28,191 nt of DNA from Oopsacas minuta (lineage: Eukaryota; Animalia; Porifera): NCBI GenBank assembly GCA_024704765.1, contig JAKMXF010000037.1:31827-60017 (forward strand), read 5' to 3'. A program made the translations under genes and the position numbers. Shown here piece after piece: positions 1 to 10,903 of this stretch. The notes below the pieces were generated by a model. That model ran no database searches. It was not told the DNA's origin and worked only from the letters and a program-made list of their open reading frames with translations. Numbering within the stretch: the first letter of the stretch is position 1; the number at the start of each line of letters is the position of its first letter.

Positions 1-451
1 TTTCTAGTTTTGATACATAGATGACTTTTTGATACATCCAAGTATAAATACTCAATTCTCCGAATAATTTTTGGGAAATAATTATATTTTGAAGCTTTAA
101 AGATGTTTAACCCAGGGACTCAATCTAGAAAGAATCATTCTTAACTTCAACCGAATCACTTTAGAATTTTTGTAGTTCCATTATGCATAGTAATATGCGT
201 AGGGTGATTGTTGGTATATTGTTAGTACCTTAACCTAATTATCCCAAATTAGGATTACTCATATTCCATATAGCAGAGAGCAGTAATAAAATTTACCCAA
301 TATTAATTCTATTCGCAGCTCGCACTTACATCAATAGGTTGGTGTGATTGCGAGTTCACCAGTGCAATTGCAAGTACACTAGGTAGTTGGTGTGATTGCG
401 AGTACACTGGTATGATTGCAATCACACCAAACTCGCATTTACACTGCAACA
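1..451 (+). mobile_element. Right part of a ~684-bp non-autonomous TIR element (ends ...CTGCAACA, followed by TATA)
   Basis: 301-451 is the ~90% identical reverse complement of 7489-7620 (the left-hand copy carries an extra 20-bp motif). 1-115 is identical to 7722-7836, so 7489-7721 plus 1-451 reads as one element TGTTGCAG...CTGCAACA flanked by TATA on both sides. Confidence 0.7.
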
Positions 452-1008
452 TATATATACACTGATTTATCATATGATTAATCATATTTTCACAGCTTTT
501 GGTAAACTGTTCAAAATAATCCTAGAGATTAGCTTCCATTCGTTTGTGTCTCATTTAATTATACTAATAATGTAATTAGTGAATATTCATATCTCAAATA
601 CATTCCGATCATTCATCTGGTTGCTATGATAAGCTCAGACAAGGTGATAGAATATTCGAGGTAAATACACTATTATTTCACACCTAAATACACATAATAA
701 CATACTACACACCATATTCATAATTATAAACACCCCTCACCTGTCTCAAGGTGTTATAATTTGTATCTTTCAAAAAGCATTATGCAACTTTCAATATACA
801 ATTTGGCACAGAGGACTGCCTTTTCAAAAGAATACATGTGACTGTGGATTATTTATTTGTCAAATAGTCAAGAAGTGTCAATACAATGAATTTGAACTTG
901 AAATTTTAATTTTCCAAAGATGAACACTACGTCATCCAAATTTTTAAGATCATCCATGTATAATGAATTGATGCAAAATCAATTGCTTCAACCCAGGAAC
1001 TACAAGAA

Positions 1009-2184
1009 ATGAGTGATCTTCATGGCCTGGTGATTGAAGATGAAGATGTAGTCATTGATGGTACTTACTCACAAGAATATGGTATGATTTATGGTTCTAA
1101 TTCACAGGATTATTGTGGGAGTGATGAGATCATCCCACCTCTCTCACAATATAGTTCAACTTCTTCTGAAATGAAATTTGAGACAGGTTCAGATTCAATA
1201 ATCATCAATGCTAAAAAGGCCAATACTCTACAGAATATCATAAAGATTGGGAAAGAATATACTTGGTTGAAACCTGCCAAGAATGATCATTTTTCCTTTT
1301 TTTGCACGACATGTAAAAAGAAATTGTTTTGTTCTCATTGTGGCGAAGCTGATGTGATACGACATAATAATCGTCCTAGTCTTACTAAGAAAATTAATTC
1401 TCTACCAACTCAGAGTTCACTTATTTTAACAATACTGCACAAACTCAAGCGGATAAGGTAATTTCTTTCATTTCTTTATATCTCACTTTAGACAATTCAG
1501 GCAGAAGTTAAACTCTCTCTACTACTTGCACAACACTATATACCTATAAGCATTGCGGATCATCTCAGCCCAATGATAAGAAACGTTTTTGATTGTGACA
1601 CAGCTAAGAAGTATCATTGCGCTCGTACTAAAATGTCAGCAATTTTGATTGCGGCTGCCCCATATTTTAAAGAGCAGTTAGTTTCTATAATCCTTGATCA
1701 TCCATTTTCCATGGCTATCGATGGTTGTAATGATTCTAGATTAATAAAAATAAATCCAGTTACTGTGAGAATATTTGATATATAAACATATAAAGTACAA
1801 TTTAGATTTTATGATATGTGCACGACAACTGGTCGCAATCTTCATACCTCTGACACTATAACGTCTAAGGTATTGGATATTTTTCTATCTTCTGAAATTC
1901 CTCTGATTAATTGTGTCGCTATTTCTTGTGACAACGCCAGTGTTAATCTTGGTAAACATCACTCAATTATGACAAGTGTGAAAAAGCTGAACCCATCCGT
2001 ATATTTTTTAGGCTGTCCTTTCCATATAGTTCACAATGCTGCAAGTTTTGCTGCAGCCTCATTTTGTTCTATCACAGGGTTCGATGTTCAAGAAATGATG
2101 ATAGATATCTTCTATTGGTTTGACATCAGTTGTAAACGGCGAAAGGAGAATCTGTCCAGTAATTTACAAGAAATTTACAGTTAA
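1009..2184 (+). pseudogene. hAT-superfamily transposase relic, 3'-truncated
   Basis: BED-like CTTCKK..CSHCGEADVIRH. After a frameshift and a probable short intron (1458-1491): QAEVKLSLLLAQH..ADHL, CARTK, first catalytic D (AIDGCND), second D (SCDNASVN) and CxxH (GCPFH). Internal stop near 1785. The C-terminal E/dimerisation region is absent and no TIRs were found. Confidence 0.8.
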
Positions 2185-3699
2185 CGAAATTTCCGAATTG
2201 TCTAGAGGGTTTCAGTTGGAAATGGAAACTCTAAATAGCAAGAAGGCTTCCGTACTGTCCACAGAAACACGTGAGTACGAGAAAATTGTTAGGATACTAA
2301 ATATCCTCGAGATGTACGAGGATAGAATAACCGGATTTCTGTCCTTGACTTTCAAGAAATTCTGTCCGTACCAAAGGAAATAATTTATGTAAGGTTATCA
2401 GCTCTCTACAAAGATTATGATTCTGTAATCTCCAGTAAAATACTTCCTGTCCCCTCAAAGATTCATTCCAGCGGCGATACTACCAGCATTTACAGAAAAT
2501 ATCTTTACTAATCATTGATGACTGCCTCCCTATTGAATTCAAAGACAGCCTCTACTATATTGAGAGGACTCTAGCAGAAGCTTCCCTATACTCTCTAAGC
2601 CGTCTCATCATGTAGAAGGAGACAGCTGTGGAAAAGATTCATAGAATTCAGAATTTTCTATTACCTAAACTCCCAAACCGATCGAGAGTGTGATAGTAAA
2701 GAGATACGAATCTCTGAGACTGAGACTGAAGGCTGAGATCTTAAAGGTGAGGACTTACCCTATTCCAGAACCTTGGTGTTCAGATTGTATGAGGAATGGA
2801 ATGACACACTTGATTAAGGGAGAATTCATTTTCTATGTAGATCCTGAAATAGAGGAAGACATGAAACCAGTAAATCTATCCAAGAGAGACCTACTTCCCG
2901 GCGGTATCACACGTCAGGAGTATGACATGAGGCTAAACAGACTCAATATGGAGTATGCGATAGCTAGAGATGAGTTGGAAACCAGGAATGCAGCTAGGAT
3001 AAAAAAGAAGTGCAAAAAGATGGAGGATTTGTATGCATGGGCTGAGGAGAGAGTGACTTTCACATTCAATGAACGATCTTTCCTGTACAGAGACACTAGC
3101 TCTCTAGAATATCTCGTCAGGAAGAATAAGGAGGATAAGTATTTGAAGAAAATATATGATTGTATACAAAGAGCAATCCGTCACTATTACGACAACAGAA
3201 TAGACATTCCTTCATTTTCTATCGACACTGATAACGATCCCATGTCGATAGCTCCACCCACAGAAGAGAGGAACATCCTTGTAGCATCTGGTGTTGATAG
3301 AGGTGGAGTTATAATTCGCCAATTAGATACACCAGCTGGTATAATTGTGGTTAAGATTAACGTAATAGTAGCCGATAGATACGGTGATACAGTTTCACTC
3401 TACAGAGCTAGAGATCTTGCACCTACTTTCCGCATCATTCTCCTCTTTTGCCTGACACCCCTGTCTCATTGACATATTTCGAACAGTCCGTATTCGTGTG
3501 CTATACAAGTTTATTAGTACAATTCAGCTTAAGGAATAACAACATATATTTTGACTATTTTAGATTAAAACTGGATTTTGTAAACTTCAGCATATATTCT
3601 TTATTATCATTAGTTAAGTCGGAGTAATTTAGGTACAATTGCAGAATCTTACATCCCCCAACTTTTTTAATGTGGTCAAAAATCCCTATATGCACCGTT

Positions 3700-3831
3700 C
3701 AAGAACTCGTTGAGAGAAGTTGATAGAGCTAAAGAAATCCAAAATCGGATTAAAATTGACAAAGTTACGAAAAATTTACTCCCTAAGCCAAATCNTAAAT
3801 AATTTTGTTGCAGAACTTTTGACGCACCCTG
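3700..3831. mobile_element. Right end of a Tc1/mariner-type non-autonomous element (...GACGCACCCTG|TA)
   Basis: Terminus reads CAGGGTGCGTCAAAAGTTCTGC on the minus strand. It sits at the TA corresponding to 18541-18542 of the intact Ginger copy. The left end was not found and the left boundary is approximate. Confidence 0.55.
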
Positions 3832-4158
3832 TACCTTCATTAGCTTATTCTCTTGAAAGTAAATCCCCTTGCACTTTCTGACAAAATTCTTATTTCTGTA
3901 GCGATCACTTTGATTTCTGATGGGATAATATTCGTCTGGAGGTATCCACGAATTGCTTCATATTCTGTCGCATCCATAATGAAAAATGTCAAAAGTAAAT
4001 ATAAGCGTTGATGTTGAAATCTGGAAACAAAGTAAAATGTTAGTGTGTGCATTTAGGAAGTCACACATGTATAAATACGAATACTATGTGACTAGGGATG
4101 AAATGTTGATATTACTTGATTTGCAATTGCTACTTGCGGGTCAAAATCCTACGCAACA
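3832..4158 (-). mobile_element. Truncated second copy of the Ginger element (5' TIR + exon 1)
   Basis: Aligns to 18541-18867 with about 9 substitutions and 2 indels counted by eye. Ends in ...CAAAATCCTACGCAACA. Confidence 0.92.
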
Positions 4159-4466
4159 GTTCTCTCTAGAAGGAGAACTCATAGAGCCTATACTCACAGA
4201 GGATCAGATAGTAGGAGCATGCAACTTCAACTTGTTCTATAATCCTATCACAGATGAAAGGAGAATATACATATGTGATTTCTGGGATAATTCCATCAGT
4301 GTTTGGCCTGTTTGGTAATCCATAGAAACAGTTTGTGAGACAGGACATGGACTGTGTCAAATATTCCGTGCCTCTTGCATATTTATAGAAGACAATGGCT
4401 ATGTTACAGTTGGTAAAATGAAGGAGGACAACTGTCTACAGAGGCTCTAATCTCCTGTCCCATTGT

Positions 4467-4492
4467 TTATTATTATTATTATTATTATTATT
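4467..4492 (+). repeat. (TTA)8 microsatellite
   Basis: Direct reading of the sequence, just 3' of the NHL pseudogene stop. Confidence 0.95.
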
Positions 4493-4615
4493 TGTTGTTT
4501 ATTTCCCAATTATAGTGATTAGTGTGTCTATACATTTACTGAGTTATTCAGGGCACTATTCGATACCATGTGATCAATCAATTGTGTATCTTTATTCATC
4601 TAATTGGGCTCTGCT

Positions 4616-4695
4616 GTTCACACCTTTAGAGATTAAGTCCCCAAATTTGGTATGTATACTCGTAGTGACATCTAGTTGTGCACCTGACATTTGGA
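4616..4695 (+). repeat. Dispersed short repeat family, copy 1 (core CCAAATTTGG..TACTCGTAGTGAC.TCTAGTTGTGCACC)
   Basis: 80 bp with 72/80 identity to 11042-11121. A more diverged inverted copy lies at 13268-13341. Confidence 0.85.
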
Positions 4696-5691
4696 AACTT
4701 CTGATGTGTATATTTTAACACCTTTTGACACCCGTATTTTAACCAATCAGATTGTAGGTTTTTCCAATTCTCCATAAATGCATGTAATTAGTTTTGGTGG
4801 AATGTTTGTAATTTAATTAGTAATGATGTAGACTGTAATTCAATTGGATATTAATTAACTGTCAGATCTATTCAGGGAATTTATATGTATCTGGAATTAT
4901 CAATATTTGCCATATATGGTAGTGCGTGAACTCGTCCTAAGACTACAATTCGTGTAATATAAATATTCAAGTTTTATTGAATTCTATTTACTTCCTTGAT
5001 AAATACGATAAATACATAGTTATGGACATCATAGATAGAAAATATCCCTTCATGTTACTTGTACCATCGCATCCCTGAAATCACGGAGTTCTACTGTAGT
5101 TACTAACGAACACATTTTTAGTCAACTATGAAAGCGACTAGCGCCTGTAATAGATATGTAGTTTACAATTATTTTTGTTATTGTGTATTACTCCTCAATA
5201 ACAAACAGAATCTTCCAGAGTAATGGCTGAGCTAACAACAGGCTCAGATGGCTACTTGAGCCCCCCTCGATCTGCTAATTGCAAGAGCTTGATTTGAGAA
5301 ATTAAATCTCTGTCAGGAATAATTCTTTATCATAAGTTAGCTTATCAGTGCACAATCTACACTCTTGAAACCCTTTAAACAATTTATAGACCAAAATCCT
5401 CTGACAAGTTAACGACTAGCGAATCCACTGAGTGTATTCAATTGATAATATATCACTAATTCCATCAAGATAATCCTCAAGAACTACAGTAGAACTCAGA
5501 TATACAGTACCCTTTCGGGAAATAAACTATAAACACGTACTAACTGATCAGTGAATTATGCAGTAGAGTAATCCGCTCCTAGAGGCGTATTGAATTGACC
5601 CCTCCTGTAATTAGGCGTACAATAATAACTCCAGCTAAGCGTATTACATACGCCTAAAAGGATCGTCTGCGCTCCTAGTTAGAAAGAACTA

Positions 5692-6400
5692 GTGTCAATT
5701 GTGAGCGGTGTTCAAAATATTCCACTTCTTGGAGATCGTGACAATTCTACTGATCTGGAGAAAGATAAAAATGAAAATCATGGAGACTTTCGGGTTCTTT
5801 TACAATTCAGAGTCGAAGCAGGAGATTCAGTACTCGGTAATCATTTACCACAGCAGCTAAACATGCAACTTACACGTCTTCTAATATCCAGAATCAATTG
5901 ATTGATATCATTGCCTACCAACTAAGAAACAAGATCTTAAGAAAATTTAGAAATCCCAATGATTTCCAGTGATTTCAGATGAGATCACTGACATATCTAA
6001 TAAAGAGCAGTTGAGCCTATTACTGAGGTATGTAGATCCTGAGAATTTGTTAGTTCGGGAGGACCCGATGAGTTTCTTAGAATGTGATACTACTGGGATC
6101 ACTGGTCGTTGCCTTTCGGATAAGATATTGGGCTGTTTGAACGATTATGGATTGGATATTACAAAGCTAAGAGGTCAGGCTTATCATGAAGCTGGTAACG
6201 TGGCGGGATCAATACAAGAAACAGCAGCTCTTATTACTAAGAAGTACCCTCTTGCACTTTATCTTCACTGGGCCTCTCACTCTCTTAATCTCGCTGTGGC
6301 GAAGTCTCTACAAGTCACCAGTGTTCGTAATATGATGGGGGTAGTGGATAGAGTATCAGCAAAGTTCTACAGAAGAGTATCATTTCAATATGAGAGGTAG
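5692..6400 (+). pseudogene. hAT (Tip100/THAP12-ZMYM1-like, DUF4371-type) transposase fragment
   Basis: IPLLGDRD...GDFRVLLQFRVEAGD; ATYTS.NIQNQLI; first D in ISDEITDISNKEQLSLLLRYV; degenerate RGQAYHEAGNVAG (normally RGQxYDGAxNMxG); LYLHWASHSLNL (CxxH degenerate). Frameshifted and truncated at both ends. Confidence 0.88.
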
Positions 6401-7488
6401 ACCAAGCGATATCTCCCAGGTTCTTATTTCTAGACCATCCTGATATTATTCTAATCTCAGATAATGAGTCTAATATTCTACTTTGATTGGGCCAAATTAC
6501 ATTGTATGTAACTTGTTTGTACAAAATATTATTGTAAGGGGAGTTACATATGATATAATGGCATCATTACAGGGACATCGCTAGGATTGTTGACCTAGGG
6601 GACAAATATATTACCAGAGGGTAAGACGAGGGGCAAGGCGTTTTCATGGGTTTAGCAGGAGGCATGGTCAGTGGTGTATCTATAGATTTTTAGTTGAGTA
6701 TAACTATCCAGCTGGGCCATGGGGTCGGGTGGCTTTGAATCTGGTTTGCAACAAGTTCTTGATGAGGCTCCATGGGCGTTGTATACAATCAGTAAGGTCC
6801 ATGAGGGAAACCATCTCAAGAAATATTGTTTGGTTTGCGATTAGCCCAGAAAGTTGACATTTTGCTTGTCCCTTGGGGTAATAATGAAGAACTCGGTGAA
6901 TATTGGATGGCCCGGCACCCTGTCACATCTAAAACGACGGCACTGTAGTTGGTGTCTGGGAGCGCTTTAAGTCTTCCAGTGGACTATTGGGGTTGTGACG
7001 TAGTCCTTGGACCAAGCAGCAATATATGCTACCACATTAATTACATTTCTATTGTTTCGTAGGTTGAAATTGATACAATTTCTCATAACTGTGTAAACAC
7101 ATTTGGTTTGGAATATTAGACCATTTACTATATATGAAAAATGGATACATTTGATCAGGATAATACGAGAGATTACATGATATTGAGGGAAAATTGTGAG
7201 CGAAGCGAGCCGAAATATTACAGTATGCCAATCGAGCCAAAGGGATGACATGTATGCCTCCCGTTGCCACGTCTCTGGGGTTGCCTTAGTAATGGGAAGG
7301 AATCGTATATGAGAGATCCCTCGTGGGAAGAGCGTTAGGAATTCGGTGTTAATGGAAATCAAATGCAAATCCCATTTCAAACCTTAAATGTCTCTATGCA
7401 TTGTTGTGAGAACTAGTTAGGACGAACGGACCGAATATTTGGCTACACATCTAATCCGCCCTGAATTATACTTTGACAATTACATATA

Positions 7489-7836
7489 TGTTGCAGTGTA
7501 AATGCGAGTTTGGTGTGATTGCAATCACACCAACTACCTAGTGTACTTGCAGTCGCACTGGTGTACTCGCAATCACTCCAACCTATTGGTGTAAGTGCGA
7601 GCTTTAAATAGAATGAATATAAGTATATTGCGTATTCATTGTTTTCCGTAGCTCATTTTATGGAATGAAAGTCACTGTTTATTAAACACAGTTTACGCAA
7701 GTATAGATGATTATTTCCCCATTTCTAGTTTTGATACATAGATGACTTTTTGATACATCCAAGTATAAATACTCAATTCTCCGAATAATTTTTGGGAAAT
7801 AATTATATTTTGAAGCTTTAAAGATGTTTAACCCAG
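7489..7836 (+). mobile_element. Left part of the same non-autonomous TIR element (TATA|TGTTGCAGTGTAAATGCGAG...), cut by the gap
   Basis: TIR arm at 7489-7620 contains a perfect 24-bp palindrome TTGGTGTGATTGCAATCACACCAA (7510-7533). The internal sequence runs into the 115 bp that also start the window. Confidence 0.7.
7722..7836 (+). repeat. Exact 115-bp direct duplicate of positions 1-115, ending at the N gap
   Basis: Base-for-base identity tttctagttttgatacatag...gatgtttaacccag at both places. Confidence 0.97.
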
Positions 7837-7857
7837 NNNNNNNNNNNNNNNNNNNNN
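7837..7857. other. Scaffold gap (21 N)
   Basis: Run of N; a single further N lies at 3795. Confidence 1.
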
Positions 7858-8244
7858 CCAAAGAACAATGAATTCACGCGATGAATCTCGTGTAACGTGA
7901 AGAGTACTACAATAATAGATAAGTTACATATATACAATTATATAATTATTATTGCTATTCACAGATTTGTAATTTTGTATTTCTTTAATGTTCTTCTCTT
8001 ATTGTTATATTTTATGAACAGAGCTGTGTGAGTTTTGTGAATAGCTCATTACGTAATTAATCATCCAGATTACTAAATACAATTTCGAAGATATGTTCTA
8101 TATTATCCTTCAATTGACTTGAAAAAGTATTTGTATTGTTTAATACGCTTAATATCTAATGTATACACAATATACGTATATCGCTAGCATATCGGAAAAC
8201 AACCCAGTGAACTAGGAGCCCTGACTTATTTCTCACACTATAAT

Positions 8245-8685
8245 ATGCCATAAATTCCTCGTTGGCCCTAATATTTCCTGGATTGGTTTTCAGGCAACAC
8301 TCAAGCGCTTATACCGCCAGAAAATTTCACGTACTAGCTGAGATCCTGGGATAGTAATGATAGTAAGGAATACATGACGCATATAGTTATTCATTTGGGT
8401 GATGTATTGAGGTGGCTATCACAACGTCACATCCCGTATTTCAGGCACGCCATTTCTTTGTATTTAGGGATTTATCTGAACCTATGATTTCTCATTGTAG
8501 ATACATTCATTGCACCAGAAATGAAAAGGAATCTTATCTTCCCAGCCCTACCAAATATGAATCCAACAAATAATGTGAGTAAGATAACGAAAGATGGTTA
8601 CATTTGCCTCTTCTCCTACCCCTACATTCGAGTTCCGCCAATGTGTTCATTGATTCTGAATACTTGGCGCCGCCAAATTGAGTAA
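8245..8685 (+). pseudogene. Decayed ~146-aa ORF of unknown family
   Basis: Single frame from ATG 8245 to TAA 8685 with only four internal stops (TAA, TAA, TAG, TGA). No homologous family recognised. Confidence 0.4.
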
Positions 8686-8727
8686 AGTTATTCTTATGCA
8701 AAATTTGAAATTTGATGTCTAAATGTA

Positions 8728-10065
8728 CAGGGTGTTAAGAAATTGCTTTCCTCTCATATAATCGAGAATTTTCAAGTAACAGATTTAAACAAACATTCTA
8801 TTCATTTTCCAATGTATCCTCCGTTTAACTGAATACATTTACTAATACGATTTGGCATGCTAGCAATGAGTTTGTCTAAAGTTTCAGGAGTTATCTCTCT
8901 CCAAGCTTGAATCAGCTGTTTCTGTAGCATTTTTAGATTTGTTGGGCATTCCTTTGTTTCTAGCCTTGATTGTAAAATTTCCCAGAGATTTTCGATTGGG
9001 CATAAATCAGGCGAATTGGCAAGCCAGATGCCCTTCTCCCAGAATTTGCATACATTATTTTTGAGCCATTCTTGACATTTTTTTGAGGTGTGGGCTGGTG
9101 CTCCATCTTGCTGGAAAATCGCCTTAGACATGTCGGGCAACATCTTTTTCTCAAATACATTCCCTGTAACACTCTTTCGATGCATTACAGAGGTTGGTGT
9201 CTTTTTCAGAATCTTCTCTATGTAATATTCAGTTGTAACAGTTTGACCTGGGGGTATGATATGGAGTTCTGATAATGCTCGATAGGACATAACCCCCCCA
9301 CACTTGTAATTTGCCTGGAAATTTTACACTCACAAATGCGGGGCTTTAGCTTTGCAATCTGACCAAATTCGAACATCCTGGCGGTTAGGGGATGAAATAA
9401 TTCGAAGTGTGTTCATTTGAGAATAATACTTGCTGCCAATCATAAACTGACCAATTTCTCCTCTCCTGGCAGAATTTCTTTCGAGCGATTCTATGATTTT
9501 CGGCCAATCGTGGTTGAACCTGAGGTTTATCAGGTTTGAGTCTGAGATTTTCGTAGATAGTTATGAACGGTAACATGTGAAGCCGGAAAACCTTTAGATT
9601 TCAAGATATGGGATAATTTCCGTGTAGATCTTTGCATTTTCCAACGTTTTTTCAAGACAATTTTTGAGATTCTTCCTATCACCGCTTTCCTCCCTCGGCC
9701 ACTTCTGTTTGTAAGAGAATCCCCCATCTTATAACGTAACCACCATCCACGAATGGTTTGCACACTGACTCCAATATTATTCGACACCTGTCTTTGAGTC
9801 ATTCCACTCTTTAACATGCCCATGCCTGATGACGCAAATCAATACTGGCTTCCTTGACCATCTATTTTAACAATTTCTGTTGGAAATTGATACCAAATTC
9901 TTGAATCAAGAGAGTAAACACAACATTCCAACAATATATTTATGTACTGTCCACACATACTGTTACTGTGTATTTTCTCAAGCAAATAGTAAAAAGTGCA
10001 TTGGAAAATAGGATATGGTTATATTGTATGTTCACAATAGAGGAAAACAATTTCTTAACACCCTG
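8728..10065 (-). mobile_element. Full-length Tc1-like element of the DD37E (TRT/ITmD37E) type
   Basis: 27-bp TIRs CAGGGTGTTAAGAAATTG(C/T)TTTCCTCT at 8728-8754 and 10039-10065 (1 mismatch). TA TSD at 8726-27 and 10066-67. Length 1338 bp. Confidence 0.93.
8802..9861 (-). pseudogene. DD37E transposase, frameshifted
   Basis: HTH region (MVKEASIDLRHQA..RSGRGRK). First D mutated (VLFSNE). QQDGAPAH..37 residues..SPDLCPIENLW. Several frameshifts between ORFs 9530-9823, 9385-9576 and 8802-9290. Confidence 0.9.
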
Positions 10066-10594
10066 TATACACACTAGACTATAAAATCATAACAAATTGG
10101 GAAATAATGTAGTAAACGTATGTCTAGAAACTCTATTAATTTCAGTGAATTAGTTGACCAGTTGATTAGAATGGTAGATAACTTGTTTATTGAGGTGGTT
10201 TTTTTATATTACTATCTGTTCTCGCATACGATAAAGTGTCTGTGACTCCTCGAGTTGTATTTAACTTGGTTCCGTTTGCACTGGCAAGTCTTGGTCCGGC
10301 AGTTGTCTTGCATCGGCATGGGACGCACGGTATGACCCCTACCTCTATAGTGTTCAATCCAAGATTTACTTTTGGGGGAAAGTTGTCATTATGGGCTACG
10401 CTATAGTTCTCTGACTATTCTTTCGTTGTATTTATCCCATGCAGATATTTTGTGTAATTATGATACTTCTTAATTTATAACGACAATAATTTCAGTGTGA
10501 ATATTTAGGAAAATCTGTGTTAATTAACAATACACAAGATTTAAGCTTGAACCTCACAATACTATTCTATTCTAATGGTCTTTTGCCCTTCATA

Positions 10595-10903
10595 ATGATC
10601 AACAAATTCCCCCGACATATCATTCGCTAGGAGATCAAGGCCTTCAATGCATATGCGCATCGTATGTTCAAACGTACCCTCGCCCATCCTGCTGATACCC
10701 TGATTGCGGATATTGTTTTAGATTTGGAAGAAATGAGGGAAAGATACCGCAGTCTATGTAACTCTCTTAATGGCGTACGTGATGTCTTTATCAATATTTT
10801 TCAAAACCATCCTCCTTACCAGATGTGTCAAACCCTCAGGTATGTTTATAGACTTATCACTCACCATTGTATTAGTTATTCATTAATCAATCAATTTGGA
10901 TAA
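10595..10903 (+). pseudogene. Decayed ~102-aa ORF of unknown family
   Basis: ATG 10595 is in frame with track ORF 10664-10903, separated by one TAG (10628-30): MINKFPRHIIR*EIKAFNAYAHRMFKRTL... No family recognised. Confidence 0.4.

Larger units (their letters stand above)
2222..4450 (+). pseudogene. Large coiled-coil + NHL-repeat (beta-propeller) protein pseudogene, interrupted at ~3430-4158
   Basis: Frameshifted coding frames run from ATG 2222 (METLNSKK...) through ORF 2690-3472, whose end has NHL-like motifs (PMSIA..NILVAS; LDTPAGI..VIVADRYGDTVSLY). They resume right after the Ginger end at 4159 (QFSLEGELIE..RIYICDFWDNSI..CIFIEDNGYVTV..NCLQRL, TAA 4448-4450) with a premature stop at 4316. 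Confidence 0.7.

Noticed and set aside
3832-4158. RIP-like directed C-to-T mutagenesis suggested by many CAA/CAG/CGA-derived stops
   Set aside because: Differences between the two Ginger copies include several transversions and indels with no CpA-specific excess. Ordinary transition bias is enough.
3986-4318. 110-aa ORF that looks like an NHL protein
   Set aside because: It is a chimera: the N-terminal half is the antisense Ginger 5' end and TIR, and only the part after 4158 is NHL coding. It is not an independent gene.
5220-5680. Short broken frame MAELTTGSDG... and weak TAGGCGTA/TACGCCTA inverted repeats
   Set aside because: Multiple stops, no recognisable domain, and inverted repeats too short and imperfect to call.
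301-7620. A single 7.3-kb Pack-type transposon with outward TIRs capturing the NHL gene
   Set aside because: The TG...CA termini and TATA flanks lie at the inner edges (451, 7489), no TSD was seen at the outer edges, and the 115-bp end duplication explains the arms as halves of a small element.
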